Shown: in pieces, positions 24,959-33,747 of the stretch
Position numbering within the stretch: the stretch's first letter is position 1
Layout of the letters: each line of letters opens with the position of its first letter
NCBI GenBank assembly: GCA_045586565.1
Contig: JAZNAO010000023.1
Coordinates: forward strand, 1 to 63,883
Length of the DNA: 63,883 nt
Source: Candidatus Enterousia sp.
Lineage (GTDB): Bacteria; Pseudomonadota; Alphaproteobacteria; Rs-D84
Reading direction: 5' to 3'
The notes under the pieces: generated by a model
What the model was told of the DNA's origin: nothing
The model's database searches: none
Seen by the model: the letters and a program-made list of their open reading frames with translations, nothing else
Program-made: the position numbers and the translations under genes

Positions 24959-25639
24959 TTAAACACTTATTTCATCACCGTATACCAGTAAATATCGTGA
25001 ACCGCGCCGCAATACCAACGCACCATTTTCATTTATGCCAATCAGTTCTGCCAATTCACCTTGATATTTTACAGGCCGATCCAAACACGATGCCAATTCT
25101 GTCCAGCGCGCACGCACCGCACGAAAATCTGTGCGACGCCATTTGTCGATATTGCGCATTAAGCGATTTAATAATTCATTCATCGGGATTTCAGAATAAT
25201 TATCCAGCTTTGTAGTCTTATACCGATCAACGGTTGGATTAGAATTTACATTTATACCAATCCCAACAATTACAAAATTTCCAGAATATTCAATCAATGT
25301 CCCAGATACTTTCTTATTATCAATCAAGATATCATTTGGCCATTTAATTGTGGGATGCACCCCAAATGACGCAATTGTATCCGCAATCGCCACAGCAATT
25401 GCATACGATAAGCGTGCATCACGTTCAGGACAATCGAATATAAAACTGATGTATAAATTACCGTGGTGCGATACCCAGGTGCGACGGAAACGTCCACGTC
25501 CCGCAGATTGGGCCGCCGCCAAAATCGCTGTATGATCACTGGCCCGCCCAGATGCAATCAATTCATGTGCGTAATCTTGGGTGCTGGGGATTTTATCAAA
25601 AGATAATAATTTATAATTTGCCAAGACTGTATACCCCAT
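24959..25639 (-). CDS. birA: biotin--[acetyl-CoA-carboxylase] ligase
   Basis: QSAGRGRFRRTWVS (GRGRxGR-type motif), KWPNDI, and a C-terminal SH3-like tail. No N-terminal HTH, so it is a group I ligase. The start is uncertain (25639 or upstream). Confidence 0.85.
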   Translation of the reverse strand: MGYTVLANYKLLSFDKIPSTQDYAHELIASGRASDHTAILAAAQSAGRGRFRRTWVSHHGNLYISFIFDCPERDARLSYAIAVAIADTIASFGVHPTIKWPNDILIDNKKVSGTLIEYSGNFVIVGIGINVNSNPTVDRYKTTKLDNYSEIPMNELLNRLMRNIDKWRRTDFRAVRARWTELASCLDRPVKYQGELAELIGINENGALVLRRGSRYLLVYGDEISV

Positions 25640-26030
25640 TTGTGTTTTTAATAAATCCACGGCCATATTTCTGGCGTAGTTGATAAATCGCGGCATCCAT
25701 CGCATGCGTTGCAACATCTGGCGCATATCCCAACGCAGTTTTTAACTGGGCAATGGTCATTCCGTTACTTTTATACAGTAATGCCACTATTTTACCTTGA
25801 ATATATGGCAGTGTAACATTTTCACCAAATACTGCAAATAAAACATCTGTATTATCCAACGCGCCCAAAATAAGTGATTTTAAATCCAATGGTGAAATAT
25901 TGTCTGAAACATCCAAATCATCAAAATTGATATCACCAGGTGTCGGAACGTTCAAAACAGTCGCGCCCAAATCGGCCAAGATTTGCCGCCATATGTCGTC
26001 TGATGCATATATACGAATGCCTGATAACAT
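25611..26030 (-). CDS. atypical OmpR-type winged-helix protein with half-size receiver-like N-terminus
   Basis: The C-terminal THAMDAAIYQLRQKYGRGFIKNTNGVYSLG resembles trans_reg_C (vdvhI..LRkK....I.Tv.G.GY.l). The N-terminal IRIYASDDIWRQILADLGATV looks receiver-like but is only about 60 aa. Confidence 0.5.
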   Translation of the reverse strand: MLSGIRIYASDDIWRQILADLGATVLNVPTPGDINFDDLDVSDNISPLDLKSLILGALDNTDVLFAVFGENVTLPYIQGKIVALLYKSNGMTIAQLKTALGYAPDVATHAMDAAIYQLRQKYGRGFIKNTNGVYSLGKL

Positions 26031-26066
26031 GTGTGAATATTAGTCCATAGTTAGTCAATTGTCCAA

Positions 26067-26103
26067 TAAAAAACCACAAAGCGGTTAAACTTTGTGGTTT
26101 TTT
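26067..26103. terminator. bidirectional hairpin terminator
   Basis: A run, then ccacaaag-N8-ctttgtgg, then T6. Confidence 0.65.
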
Positions 26104-26128
26104 GGGGTGTCGAAACCTGAAAAAAGCG

Positions 26129-26374
26129 TCAATTGCGTCCGTGGTCAGAGGGCTCTATGAACTTAGTGAAATCCTGAATTTTAGCTCCTGTGGATGATAA
26201 AATCTTAGAAATACTGTTCGTAGACGGCCATCGCGGCTGTCCTTCTTTGGACCAACGTTTACTTTTGTTAAAGGTTGTTGGGTCCAGCCCGCTGCACTTT
26301 GCCAGTCCAGAACAAGACATTCCATGTTCCGTGGCAAAGCGTTCTATGGCACGCCAAACATCGTCATGTGTCAT
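26129..26374 (-). CDS. HTH protein resembling the N-terminal domain of alphaproteobacterial S24/CI-like repressors (81 aa)
   Basis: GLAKCSGLDPTTFNKSKRWSKEGQPRWPSTNSISKIL matches the conserved N-terminus of HTH-S24 repressors as I remember them. No S24 domain follows. Confidence 0.6.
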   Translation of the reverse strand: MTHDDVWRAIERFATEHGMSCSGLAKCSGLDPTTFNKSKRWSKEGQPRWPSTNSISKILSSTGAKIQDFTKFIEPSDHGRN

Positions 26375-26523
26375 TTTTTTCTCTCCCTATTGTTAGCACA
26401 CATCAATACATCTTTGCATTGATGTACATTGATTTTATTCCAGAAATCCGGGCAAAACAACAAGTACCATTTCCTAGGAACCAATGCAAAAATACCACAC
26501 AAAAAAATTTTTTGACAAAACAC

Positions 26524-26552
26524 TTGACGAATCGATTTTTGTATACTATATT
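26524..26552 (+). promoter_or_regulatory. sigma70-like promoter of the candidate sRNA
   Basis: TTGACG, 17 nt spacer, TATATT. Confidence 0.55.
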
Positions 26553-26558
26553 TATTTT

Positions 26559-26750
26559 CGTCAAAGGAACAAAACCGATGACCAGTATGCGCAAGCAACT
26601 GTGGGGACCAGAGGTTCAGACTCCCTCCTACATTCTCTCTCCTCTGGACTCTGGGCCCCAGCATAAAGTTTAGAGTGTCCAATTTCTTTTTCTCCTTTCC
26701 TTCCTTTCGGGACACTCGGAAATACCGCCGGAAACGGCGGTGTTTTTTTT
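26559..26750 (+). ncRNA. candidate trans-acting sRNA with two CU-rich (anti-SD-like) loops
   Basis: Promoter-to-terminator unit of about 190 nt. Hairpin 1 is ccagagg/cctctgg, with a loop containing cuccCUCCu. Hairpin 2 is gagtgtcc/ggacactc, with a 29-nt loop uuucuuuuucuccuuuccuuccuuuc. Terminator is accgccg-gaaa-cggcggt + T8. Ends are approximate. Confidence 0.55.
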
Positions 26751-26771
26751 CTTTTATCTATAAGTTATGAA

Positions 26772-27683
26772 TTATAAACAGATATCTATATCGCTGTCTG
26801 TTGGTATGCGTGGAATAATTATGTCTGGGGAGTATTGAGTGCGAAACCATGTGCGTTGACGTTTGGCATACTGATTTGTTTTATTTACCCAATTTTCTAT
26901 ACATTGTGATTCGGATATTTCACCACGAATAAATTTACACAGTTGTGATGCACCAATCGCACGATTTTCATCCCATGCAGAATCGATTACAGATTGCGCT
27001 TCAATCAACGCACCACCTGCCAGCATTTGCGGAATACGTGTCGCGATACGTTCACGCAATATATTCGTATCAGGCATAATTAGGATACGTGTGACACTTG
27101 GCACAACTGCGCCAACACGTGGTGCGTTTTGATATTCTGTAATATGATGTCCTGTGGCCAAGAACACCTCCAGCGCACGCGCAACACGTTGCGGATCGGT
27201 GGCCTTGAATTCGGGTGGTAATAACCGACGCGCAGTGTCTAAATCAGACGACACCATGTCGCGCGCACGCGTTCGTGACACATCGTCAATATCAGGCATT
27301 GGTGAAATTCCGTTTAACAATGCATTTATATAATATCCAGTTCCACCAACAAATATTGGGGTGCGTCCTGCCCGATGTGCAGAATCATATTCAGCACGCG
27401 CCATTTCTAAATATTGCCCAACACTGATTTGTTCATCCAGCGGTAATATCGAGAATAACTTATACGGAATGCCATCTATTTCATCAGAAATTGGACGACA
27501 CGCAAACGGACTGGCCGAAATATTTTCAATACCCCGATAAATTTGCACGCTGTCACAGTTTATAATCGTGCCATTGGTCCGTAATGCCAAACGATGGGCA
27601 AATTCAGATTTGCCAGATGCAGTAGGACCAGTGATAATATAAGCGCGCTGTGTCATTTCCATTGGATTATATACCGAATGCAA
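26772..27683 (-). CDS. miaA: tRNA dimethylallyltransferase
   Basis: P-loop ITGPTASGKS, then IINCDSVQIYRG and GGTGYY motifs. The start may be one of the downstream Mets. Confidence 0.9.
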   Translation of the reverse strand: MHSVYNPMEMTQRAYIITGPTASGKSEFAHRLALRTNGTIINCDSVQIYRGIENISASPFACRPISDEIDGIPYKLFSILPLDEQISVGQYLEMARAEYDSAHRAGRTPIFVGGTGYYINALLNGISPMPDIDDVSRTRARDMVSSDLDTARRLLPPEFKATDPQRVARALEVFLATGHHITEYQNAPRVGAVVPSVTRILIMPDTNILRERIATRIPQMLAGGALIEAQSVIDSAWDENRAIGASQLCKFIRGEISESQCIENWVNKTNQYAKRQRTWFRTQYSPDIIIPRIPTDSDIDICL

Positions 27684-27766
27684 CGAATGTAAATAAAATA
27701 TTGTATTTGATGGCGGTCTGGTGATATTATAGGCATGTCTAATTATAAAAACGAAAGGAAAAATAT

Positions 27767-28765
27767 ATGTCTAAATTAAGAGTGGCAATAAACGGTTTCG
27801 GGCGCATTGGGCGTTTAGTACTGCGTGCGGCACTGGAAGCAAAGCGTGACGACATTGAATTTGTCGCAGTCAATGATTTGGCACCTGTGGAACAGAATGC
27901 ATATCTGTTAAAGTATGATTCTGTGCATGGGAATTTACCAATTGACGTAACTGTGGATGGTGAATATATCATCGCGGGAAATCAAAAAATCAAATGTCTG
28001 TCAGAACGTGACCCGGCAAATTTGCCGTGGGGCGAATTGAATATAGACGTTGTTATGGAATGCACAGGTATCTTTACCGCGGCAGATAAAGCACGCGTTC
28101 ATTTGGATGCGGGTGCAAAACGCGTATTGGTTTCTGCACCATCTGCGGGCGCAGATAAGACAATTGTGTATGGCGTCAACCAAGATACATTGACACCAAA
28201 CGATTTAATCGTATCAAATGCATCATGCACGACAAACTGTCTAGCACCGGTGGCCAAAGTTTTAAATGATACGTTTGGTATTATATCAGGCTGGATGACA
28301 ACTGTGCATGCATATACCGGTGATCAACAATTACTGGACAAGAATCATAAAGATTTCCGTCGCGCACGTGCGGCAAATCTGTCGATGATTCCAACCAGCA
28401 CAGGTGCCGCCAAGGCAATTGGATTAGTGTTACCAGAACTGGCCGGCAAACTGGACGGGATGGCAATTCGTGTTCCGACCCCAGATGTATCTGTGGTGGA
28501 ATTGGTTGCGAACCTGAAAAAAAATGCAACGGTTGATGAAATCAATAACGCAATGCACGCGGCGCAATCGGCCACATTTGGTTATAATGAATTACCATTG
28601 GTGTCGGTTGACTTTACGCACGATGCGCACAGTTCTGTATTTGATGCCGGGTTGACCAAGGTATTAGGTGATAAACTGGTTCATGTGACCGCGTGGTATG
28701 ATAACGAGTGGGGATTTTCAAACCGTATGTGTGATACCGCCGTTGCAATGGGGAAATTGATTTAA
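27767..28765 (+). CDS. gap: glyceraldehyde-3-phosphate dehydrogenase
   Basis: INGFGRIGR, SNASCTTNCLAP and WYDNEWGFS signatures. Confidence 0.95.
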   Translation: MSKLRVAINGFGRIGRLVLRAALEAKRDDIEFVAVNDLAPVEQNAYLLKYDSVHGNLPIDVTVDGEYIIAGNQKIKCLSERDPANLPWGELNIDVVMECTGIFTAADKARVHLDAGAKRVLVSAPSAGADKTIVYGVNQDTLTPNDLIVSNASCTTNCLAPVAKVLNDTFGIISGWMTTVHAYTGDQQLLDKNHKDFRRARAANLSMIPTSTGAAKAIGLVLPELAGKLDGMAIRVPTPDVSVVELVANLKKNATVDEINNAMHAAQSATFGYNELPLVSVDFTHDAHSSVFDAGLTKVLGDKLVHVTAWYDNEWGFSNRMCDTAVAMGKLI

Positions 28766-28788
28766 TAAACGTGCGAATGCCAATAAAA

Positions 28789-28823
28789 ATCCCCGCAATT
28801 ATATGTTTTGCGGGGATTCTTTT
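28789..28823. terminator. bidirectional terminator between gap and the M23 peptidase gene
   Basis: aatccccgcaa-N9-ttgcggggat flanked by A and T runs. Confidence 0.7.
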
Positions 28824-28841
28824 ATAATATTATAAGTTTTT

Positions 28842-30095
28842 TTATAACTGAATATACAGCGTTGGGTTCTTTTCCAGTTTTTCAATCCCCTGCTCTAACA
28901 ATTCACGATATTCGACAAACTTTTTCTTTTCGTTTTTATCTAAATTACTGATTGCAGGTAACTTTACCGTCATCGGATTGACATGCACACCATCTTTGAT
29001 AATTTCATAGTGTAAATGCGGGCCTGTGGAATATCCTGTGGAACCGACATATCCAATCGTCTGACCCTGGCGCACGTTGGTGCCAACATTTACGCCCTTG
29101 GCAAATTTAGACATATGCGCATACAATGTTTCATACGAACCATTGTGACGTATTTTTACAAAATTTCCGTGCCCCTTGTTATAACTGCGCGCGACAACAC
29201 GTCCCGCACCCGCGGCAGGAATTGGTGTGCCAGTAGATGCACGAAAATCAACCCCCTTGTGCGCACGCGTGTATCCCAATACAGGATGTTTACGATTACG
29301 TGAAAAACTGCTGGTAATTTTTGCATTGTTGATTGGTGTTCGTTTCAAAGATTTAATCGCCCCATTTCCGTCGGCATCATAATACCCAGTTGTTCCATCA
29401 GATTTTCTGAATCGGTACATTTGAACATTACCGCGTAATGCTTCGAATTCAACCGCCAAAACACGTCCATTATCAATCTTTTGACCGTTTGAAAAGTTTT
29501 CTTCATATAATACAGAAAATTTCTGGCCGGCACGAACGTCACGTTCAAAGTCCATTTCAAATGCCAACAAATCATAGACATCTATTAAAATGCCCGCTGG
29601 AATACCTGCGCGTTGTCCTGCCAAATAAAAACTGTCCCCATCCAGGATTTCACCGCTGCGATACACCGCACGAACATCGCGTTCAACATCAACAGTCTTG
29701 CAATCCCATGCACCATCGTCATTACATGTCAATTCCACCTGGCGCCATGGTGATGGCACAACAATAATCTTTGAAACCGGCGCATCATCAGCGACGCGAA
29801 CAAATTCCAATTTATCCCTGTCAGCACGCAGCGTTGTAATTTCTGCATCTGATTTTAACACCTGGGCGATGGTATGAACGTCATTGTGCGTCAATCCCTG
29901 ATCCAGTAATAACTTAGACAATGTATCCCCAGATGTCACCATAACCACAGATTTACATTCCGCATCCGCACGCACATAACGTGGTGTTCGTTTGGTTGCA
30001 ACTAAAAAAATGGCCACCAAACTCAACAAGACAGCCAACGCCATCACCAGTCGAGTCAAGTTGGTCGTATTCATAATATCTTTTGCTTTTTTCAT
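28842..30095 (-). CDS. M23 family metallopeptidase (murein endopeptidase-like)
   Basis: HKGVDFRASTGTPI, GNFVKIRH, YAHMS and GSTGYSTGPHLHYEI motifs, with an N-terminal TM. Start uncertain (30095 or 30074). The ORF-track start at 30131 would overlap the divergent prmC. Confidence 0.88.
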   Translation of the reverse strand: MKKAKDIMNTTNLTRLVMALAVLLSLVAIFLVATKRTPRYVRADAECKSVVMVTSGDTLSKLLLDQGLTHNDVHTIAQVLKSDAEITTLRADRDKLEFVRVADDAPVSKIIVVPSPWRQVELTCNDDGAWDCKTVDVERDVRAVYRSGEILDGDSFYLAGQRAGIPAGILIDVYDLLAFEMDFERDVRAGQKFSVLYEENFSNGQKIDNGRVLAVEFEALRGNVQMYRFRKSDGTTGYYDADGNGAIKSLKRTPINNAKITSSFSRNRKHPVLGYTRAHKGVDFRASTGTPIPAAGAGRVVARSYNKGHGNFVKIRHNGSYETLYAHMSKFAKGVNVGTNVRQGQTIGYVGSTGYSTGPHLHYEIIKDGVHVNPMTVKLPAISNLDKNEKKKFVEYRELLEQGIEKLEKNPTLYIQL

Positions 30096-30116
30096 AACAC
30101 CGATTATAATGCCTTT

Positions 30117-30896
30117 ATGGAAATAAATCAAGCATTCGCAATTTTACAACGTGCCGGTGGGATACGCGCTGCGCGCATAATTACGGAAAATTGCAAAAAA
30201 TTATCAAGAATCAAAGTCTGGCGCATGGCACGGCAATTGCGTCGTGGGGTGCCTGTGGCGAAAATCATACACCAAAAATGGTTTTATGGTTTAAAATTTT
30301 ATACAAATAAATATACGTTGGACCCACGACCAGATACAGAAATACTGGTCGAATCTGTTATTTCTGAAAGCAACGGTGATGATAACATTCGTATACTGGA
30401 CCTGGGGACGGGAACCGGGTGTATTATATGCAGTCTGATAAAAAATATTCATAATGCGTATGGGGTTGCGATTGATAAATCACGTCGTGCATTACGTGTG
30501 GCACGGCATAATATAAATTCAATGGGAATGGGTGACAGAATAAAGATACGACGTGCAACCTTTGACAAACCATACAATTTTCACGAACGATTCAATATCA
30601 TTGTATCAAACCCGCCCTATATTGCGATAAATGATTCACGCGTTGATAATGGTGCCACACACGATCCAAAAATGGCGTTGTATGCCGACGACAACGGATT
30701 GGCGGCATATAAATCGATTGCAAAAAATGCCCATAATTGGATAACAGAGAACGGCAAATTGTTCCTGGAAATCGGTATAGACCAAGGAACAGACATCAAA
30801 ATAATCTTTATGAACAACGGGTGGAATTTACTGCGTTGCGAAAACGATTTGTCTGGGGTTGAGCGCGTATTGGTATTTCAAAAGGCACACCGATGA
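30117..30896 (+). CDS. prmC: release factor glutamine N5-methyltransferase (HemK/PrmC family)
   Basis: ILDLGTGTGCI SAM motif and VSNPPYI catalytic NPPY motif. Confidence 0.82.
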   Translation: MEINQAFAILQRAGGIRAARIITENCKKLSRIKVWRMARQLRRGVPVAKIIHQKWFYGLKFYTNKYTLDPRPDTEILVESVISESNGDDNIRILDLGTGTGCIICSLIKNIHNAYGVAIDKSRRALRVARHNINSMGMGDRIKIRRATFDKPYNFHERFNIIVSNPPYIAINDSRVDNGATHDPKMALYADDNGLAAYKSIAKNAHNWITENGKLFLEIGIDQGTDIKIIFMNNGWNLLRCENDLSGVERVLVFQKAHR

Positions 30897-31267
30897 AACA
30901 ATTGACCGATACAGATATTGCAGAAATGATTGGTAACGAATTTCATGGGGACGATATTGCCACACGTCGCACAGTGCGCACTGAATTACACCTGTCAACG
31001 CGCATTCCTCACGAACGAAAAACACCACCAATGCACGCAACGCTGGATTTACACCAATTTACCGAAGAACAGGCATGGAACGCAATTATGGAATTGGCAA
31101 CATCTGGAACACGGACTGCGAACATTATCACAGGCGCCAGTGGCATTTTAAAAATAAAATTCCAACAATGGGCACACAACAGTCTGTTAAGCCCATACAT
31201 CATATCTTTTTCGCCAATAAATAATGGCAGTTTTTATGTCAAATTCAAAAAACAACCACAAACGTAA
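30893..31267 (+). CDS. Smr domain protein
   Basis: LDLHQFTEEQAW...IITGASG resembles Smr/MutS2 C-terminal domains. 4-nt overlap with prmC. Confidence 0.6.
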   Translation: MKQLTDTDIAEMIGNEFHGDDIATRRTVRTELHLSTRIPHERKTPPMHATLDLHQFTEEQAWNAIMELATSGTRTANIITGASGILKIKFQQWAHNSLLSPYIISFSPINNGSFYVKFKKQPQT

Positions 31268-31312
31268 TTATTGATATTTCAGACATTATTTTAGTGACTT
31301 GGTTTTAAATTT

Positions 31313-32269
31313 TTGGTATCAATGCAATCGATGGCAGAAGTCAAGACAGTTTATGATCACATTCGTCACAACAATATAAAGACAATATTGTTGGTTGTGC
31401 TGTTTCCGATGATTTTTATTGGGCTGATATTTCTATTCACATTATTTGTTGCCCCAATGCCCCAGGCCATAAATACGGCAATATCTGTCGCGATACCGAC
31501 ATTTATTGTGTGTGGGGTTTGGATGCTGATATCATGGGCATTTGGGGATACAATGATACTAAATACCGCTGGGGCGCACGAAATACACGCGACCACACCA
31601 CAAAATCGCGCGATATTTCAACGGGTTGAAAACATCGCGTTGGCGGCCGGAATCCCAATGCCGCGGGTCTATATTATCGAAACAGATGCGTTGAACGCGT
31701 TCGCCACAGGTCGCACACCACGCGATGCATCAATCGCATTGACACGTGGTATTATAAACAAACTAAACCCGTTGGAACTGGATGGGGTAATTGCACACGA
31801 AATGGCACATATTGGTAATCGCGACATTCGCCTGGACATGTTGGTAATCACGGGTATCGGGGTCACAGTATTTGTTGCCGATATTATTGGACGCAGTATT
31901 ATTTACGGCAACCACAGTTCTGACGATAATGGACAGAATAACAGTCGCGCAATAATGTTGATGGTATGGATGGCATTTATGGTGTTTAACACACTGATTA
32001 CACCACTGTTACGGATGGCAATATCACGTAACCGCGAATACGCGGCGGATGCCACCGGCGCATTTATCACACGCAACCCAGGCGCATTGGCATCGGCATT
32101 GCATAAAATCAGTCATAATTCACACATTCGTGGCACAGACAAAATAAAATCAATGTCATCTGTTTTTATTATGTCGCCTGAACCACGCGAATTGGTTGGT
32201 GATTTGATGTCAACCCACCCACCGGTTGAAAAACGTATTAAACGATTAAATTCAATGTCAATAAAATAA
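31313..32269 (+). CDS. htpX: M48 family zinc protease HtpX-like
   Basis: HEMAHIGNRD zinc motif, four TM segments, and a C-terminal STHPPVEKR motif. TTG start in the ORF track. Confidence 0.85.
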   Translation: MVSMQSMAEVKTVYDHIRHNNIKTILLVVLFPMIFIGLIFLFTLFVAPMPQAINTAISVAIPTFIVCGVWMLISWAFGDTMILNTAGAHEIHATTPQNRAIFQRVENIALAAGIPMPRVYIIETDALNAFATGRTPRDASIALTRGIINKLNPLELDGVIAHEMAHIGNRDIRLDMLVITGIGVTVFVADIIGRSIIYGNHSSDDNGQNNSRAIMLMVWMAFMVFNTLITPLLRMAISRNREYAADATGAFITRNPGALASALHKISHNSHIRGTDKIKSMSSVFIMSPEPRELVGDLMSTHPPVEKRIKRLNSMSIK

Positions 32270-32293
32270 AGCAAAACAAAGGAAAGGGGAAAA

Positions 32294-32875
32294 ATGGCAA
32301 ACTTACATTTTCATTACGGCGTGATGAGCAGTTCAAAATCTGCAGCATTGATAATAAACGCATACAATTTTAACAGAAATGGTAACAAGGTAGAAGTTAT
32401 CAAGCCTGCATACGATAATCGTTTTGGGACCCAAAAAATCGTTTCACGTATTGGATTAGAATGCGATGCAACGGCACTGAAAGATTTACAGCAATACACC
32501 CCAGCGCAAAAAACAGATGTTATATTGGTTGATGAAGTGCAATTCTTTTCCCCATCAGATATTGATAAATTGGTTCATTTTGCAGATCAACAAAATAAAA
32601 TTGTGATGTGTTATGGTCTGATGGTGGACAGTAATGAACAGATATTCCCCGCATCGCGCCGTTTAATCGAGGTTGGCGCAAAATTACATCGGATGGATTC
32701 AAACTGTCAAATAAACGGTTGCATGAAATTGGCGACGCATCATTTACGTTTTGATTCCACAGGGCGTGTAATACGTGCCGGCGAACAATTTGCACTGGGG
32801 GACAGTAATTATAAATCCGTCTGTCGTTCGCATTACAATGAATTATACCGTGGCATAAAACAAAAAACGAAATAA
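32294..32875 (+). CDS. tdk: thymidine kinase
   Basis: YGVMSSSKSAALI P-loop, DEVQFF, and the C-terminal zinc ribbon (CQINGC ... CRSHY). Confidence 0.9.
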   Translation: MANLHFHYGVMSSSKSAALIINAYNFNRNGNKVEVIKPAYDNRFGTQKIVSRIGLECDATALKDLQQYTPAQKTDVILVDEVQFFSPSDIDKLVHFADQQNKIVMCYGLMVDSNEQIFPASRRLIEVGAKLHRMDSNCQINGCMKLATHHLRFDSTGRVIRAGEQFALGDSNYKSVCRSHYNELYRGIKQKTK

Positions 32876-32929
32876 AAATATTATTTTCGCTTGCAATTTG
32901 AATAAAAAGGTATAAAATAACAATCCGTT

Positions 32930-33006
32930 GCATCCATAGCTTAACTGGATAAAGCATCTGACTACGGATCAGAAGACTGAGGGTTCGAATCCTTCTGGAT
33001 GCGCCA
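32930..33006 (+). tRNA. tRNA-Arg (anticodon ACG)
   Basis: GCATCCA acceptor, anticodon loop CTACGGA, T loop TTCGAAT, TGGATGC-G-CCA 3' end. Preceded by TTGCAA-16-TAAAAT (32891..32918). Confidence 0.92.
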
Positions 33007-33016
33007 CGAATTCAAG

Positions 33017-33040
33017 ACCGACCTTTTGGGGTCGGTTTTT
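33017..33040 (+). terminator. terminator after tRNA-Arg
   Basis: accgacc-ttttgg-ggtcggt followed by tttt. Confidence 0.65.
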
Positions 33041-33115
33041 AATTTGTGTTGCACCCCCAGGATTTGACCCCGAACATAAGGGTCGACAATAAGTAAGCAA
33101 GAACAAGCATAGCGC

Positions 33116-33176
33116 AGTAAACTTACCCCCCTGTCATTGCGAGGGAACGCAGTGACAAGGGTGAGTAAGTTTACTT
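33116..33176. repeat. 61-nt imperfect palindromic element
   Basis: The outer arms agtaaacttac/gtaagtttact enclose cctgtcattgcg-agggaa-cgcagtgacaagg. Seen only once in this window. Confidence 0.6.
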
Positions 33177-33186
33177 AAAAAAACTT

Positions 33187-33732
33187 TTATTTATCGCGTT
33201 GGCGCACATGTTCGCGTTCACGTTCCCGCACACCTATGTTTTTTTGCATTTCACGTGCGATAATATTTTGTATCGCATTTCGGGTATTGCGTTGCGCGAT
33301 ATCTGTTGTTTCAAATTCCATAATCTTATGGTGCAATATATCTGTCCCGTTTTGAATTTTGTTCTGGGCAGACGTTTCCCAATCACTACGTTTATCTGAC
33401 GGGCAAGATATCGTTTCATTTGCGTGCGGGGCATACATTGCCTTTACATGCCATTTACGTCGGTGAAAAAAGACCGCTTCGCGTGCATAGTTAGTGGCGG
33501 CATTGTTGACATCAATTGCAAATACCATATCACGCACAGTGTCCAACGCATAATTCCACGCATCGCGCAATATTCCACCACCCAGCCATCGTTGCAGACT
33601 TAAACCCGCAAATATCAGTTCGATGGCATTATCGATTTGTTGACGGTCTGTATCATTCAGTTGGCTTTTTGTAAATTCGTCGGGTGTTTTGCCATCCAAC
33701 ATAGCCATTGCTTTTTCAAAGTCCATATCCAT
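33187..33732 (-). CDS. hypothetical protein (181 aa), paralogue of the next gene's N-terminal domain
   Basis: Shares LIFAGLSLQRW...RDAWNYAL with LFAGFALAKW...RAWQNAI of 33748..34839. Confidence 0.55.
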   Translation of the reverse strand: MDMDFEKAMAMLDGKTPDEFTKSQLNDTDRQQIDNAIELIFAGLSLQRWLGGGILRDAWNYALDTVRDMVFAIDVNNAATNYAREAVFFHRRKWHVKAMYAPHANETISCPSDKRSDWETSAQNKIQNGTDILHHKIMEFETTDIAQRNTRNAIQNIIAREMQKNIGVREREREHVRQRDK

Positions 33733-33747
33733 TTGCGCATCCTGGGG

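Noticed and set aside
12452-24959. att sites, integrase or tRNA target flanking the phage-like cluster
   Set aside because: I compared the two borders by eye and found no shared direct repeat. No recombinase ORF lies in or next to the cluster, so a classical integrated prophage cannot be supported.
26275-26673. 132-aa + strand ORF across the HTH gene and the sRNA region
   Set aside because: Its 5' part is antisense to the 81-aa HTH gene. Only the last 31 codons have a start and RBS, and these are noted under the sRNA finding.
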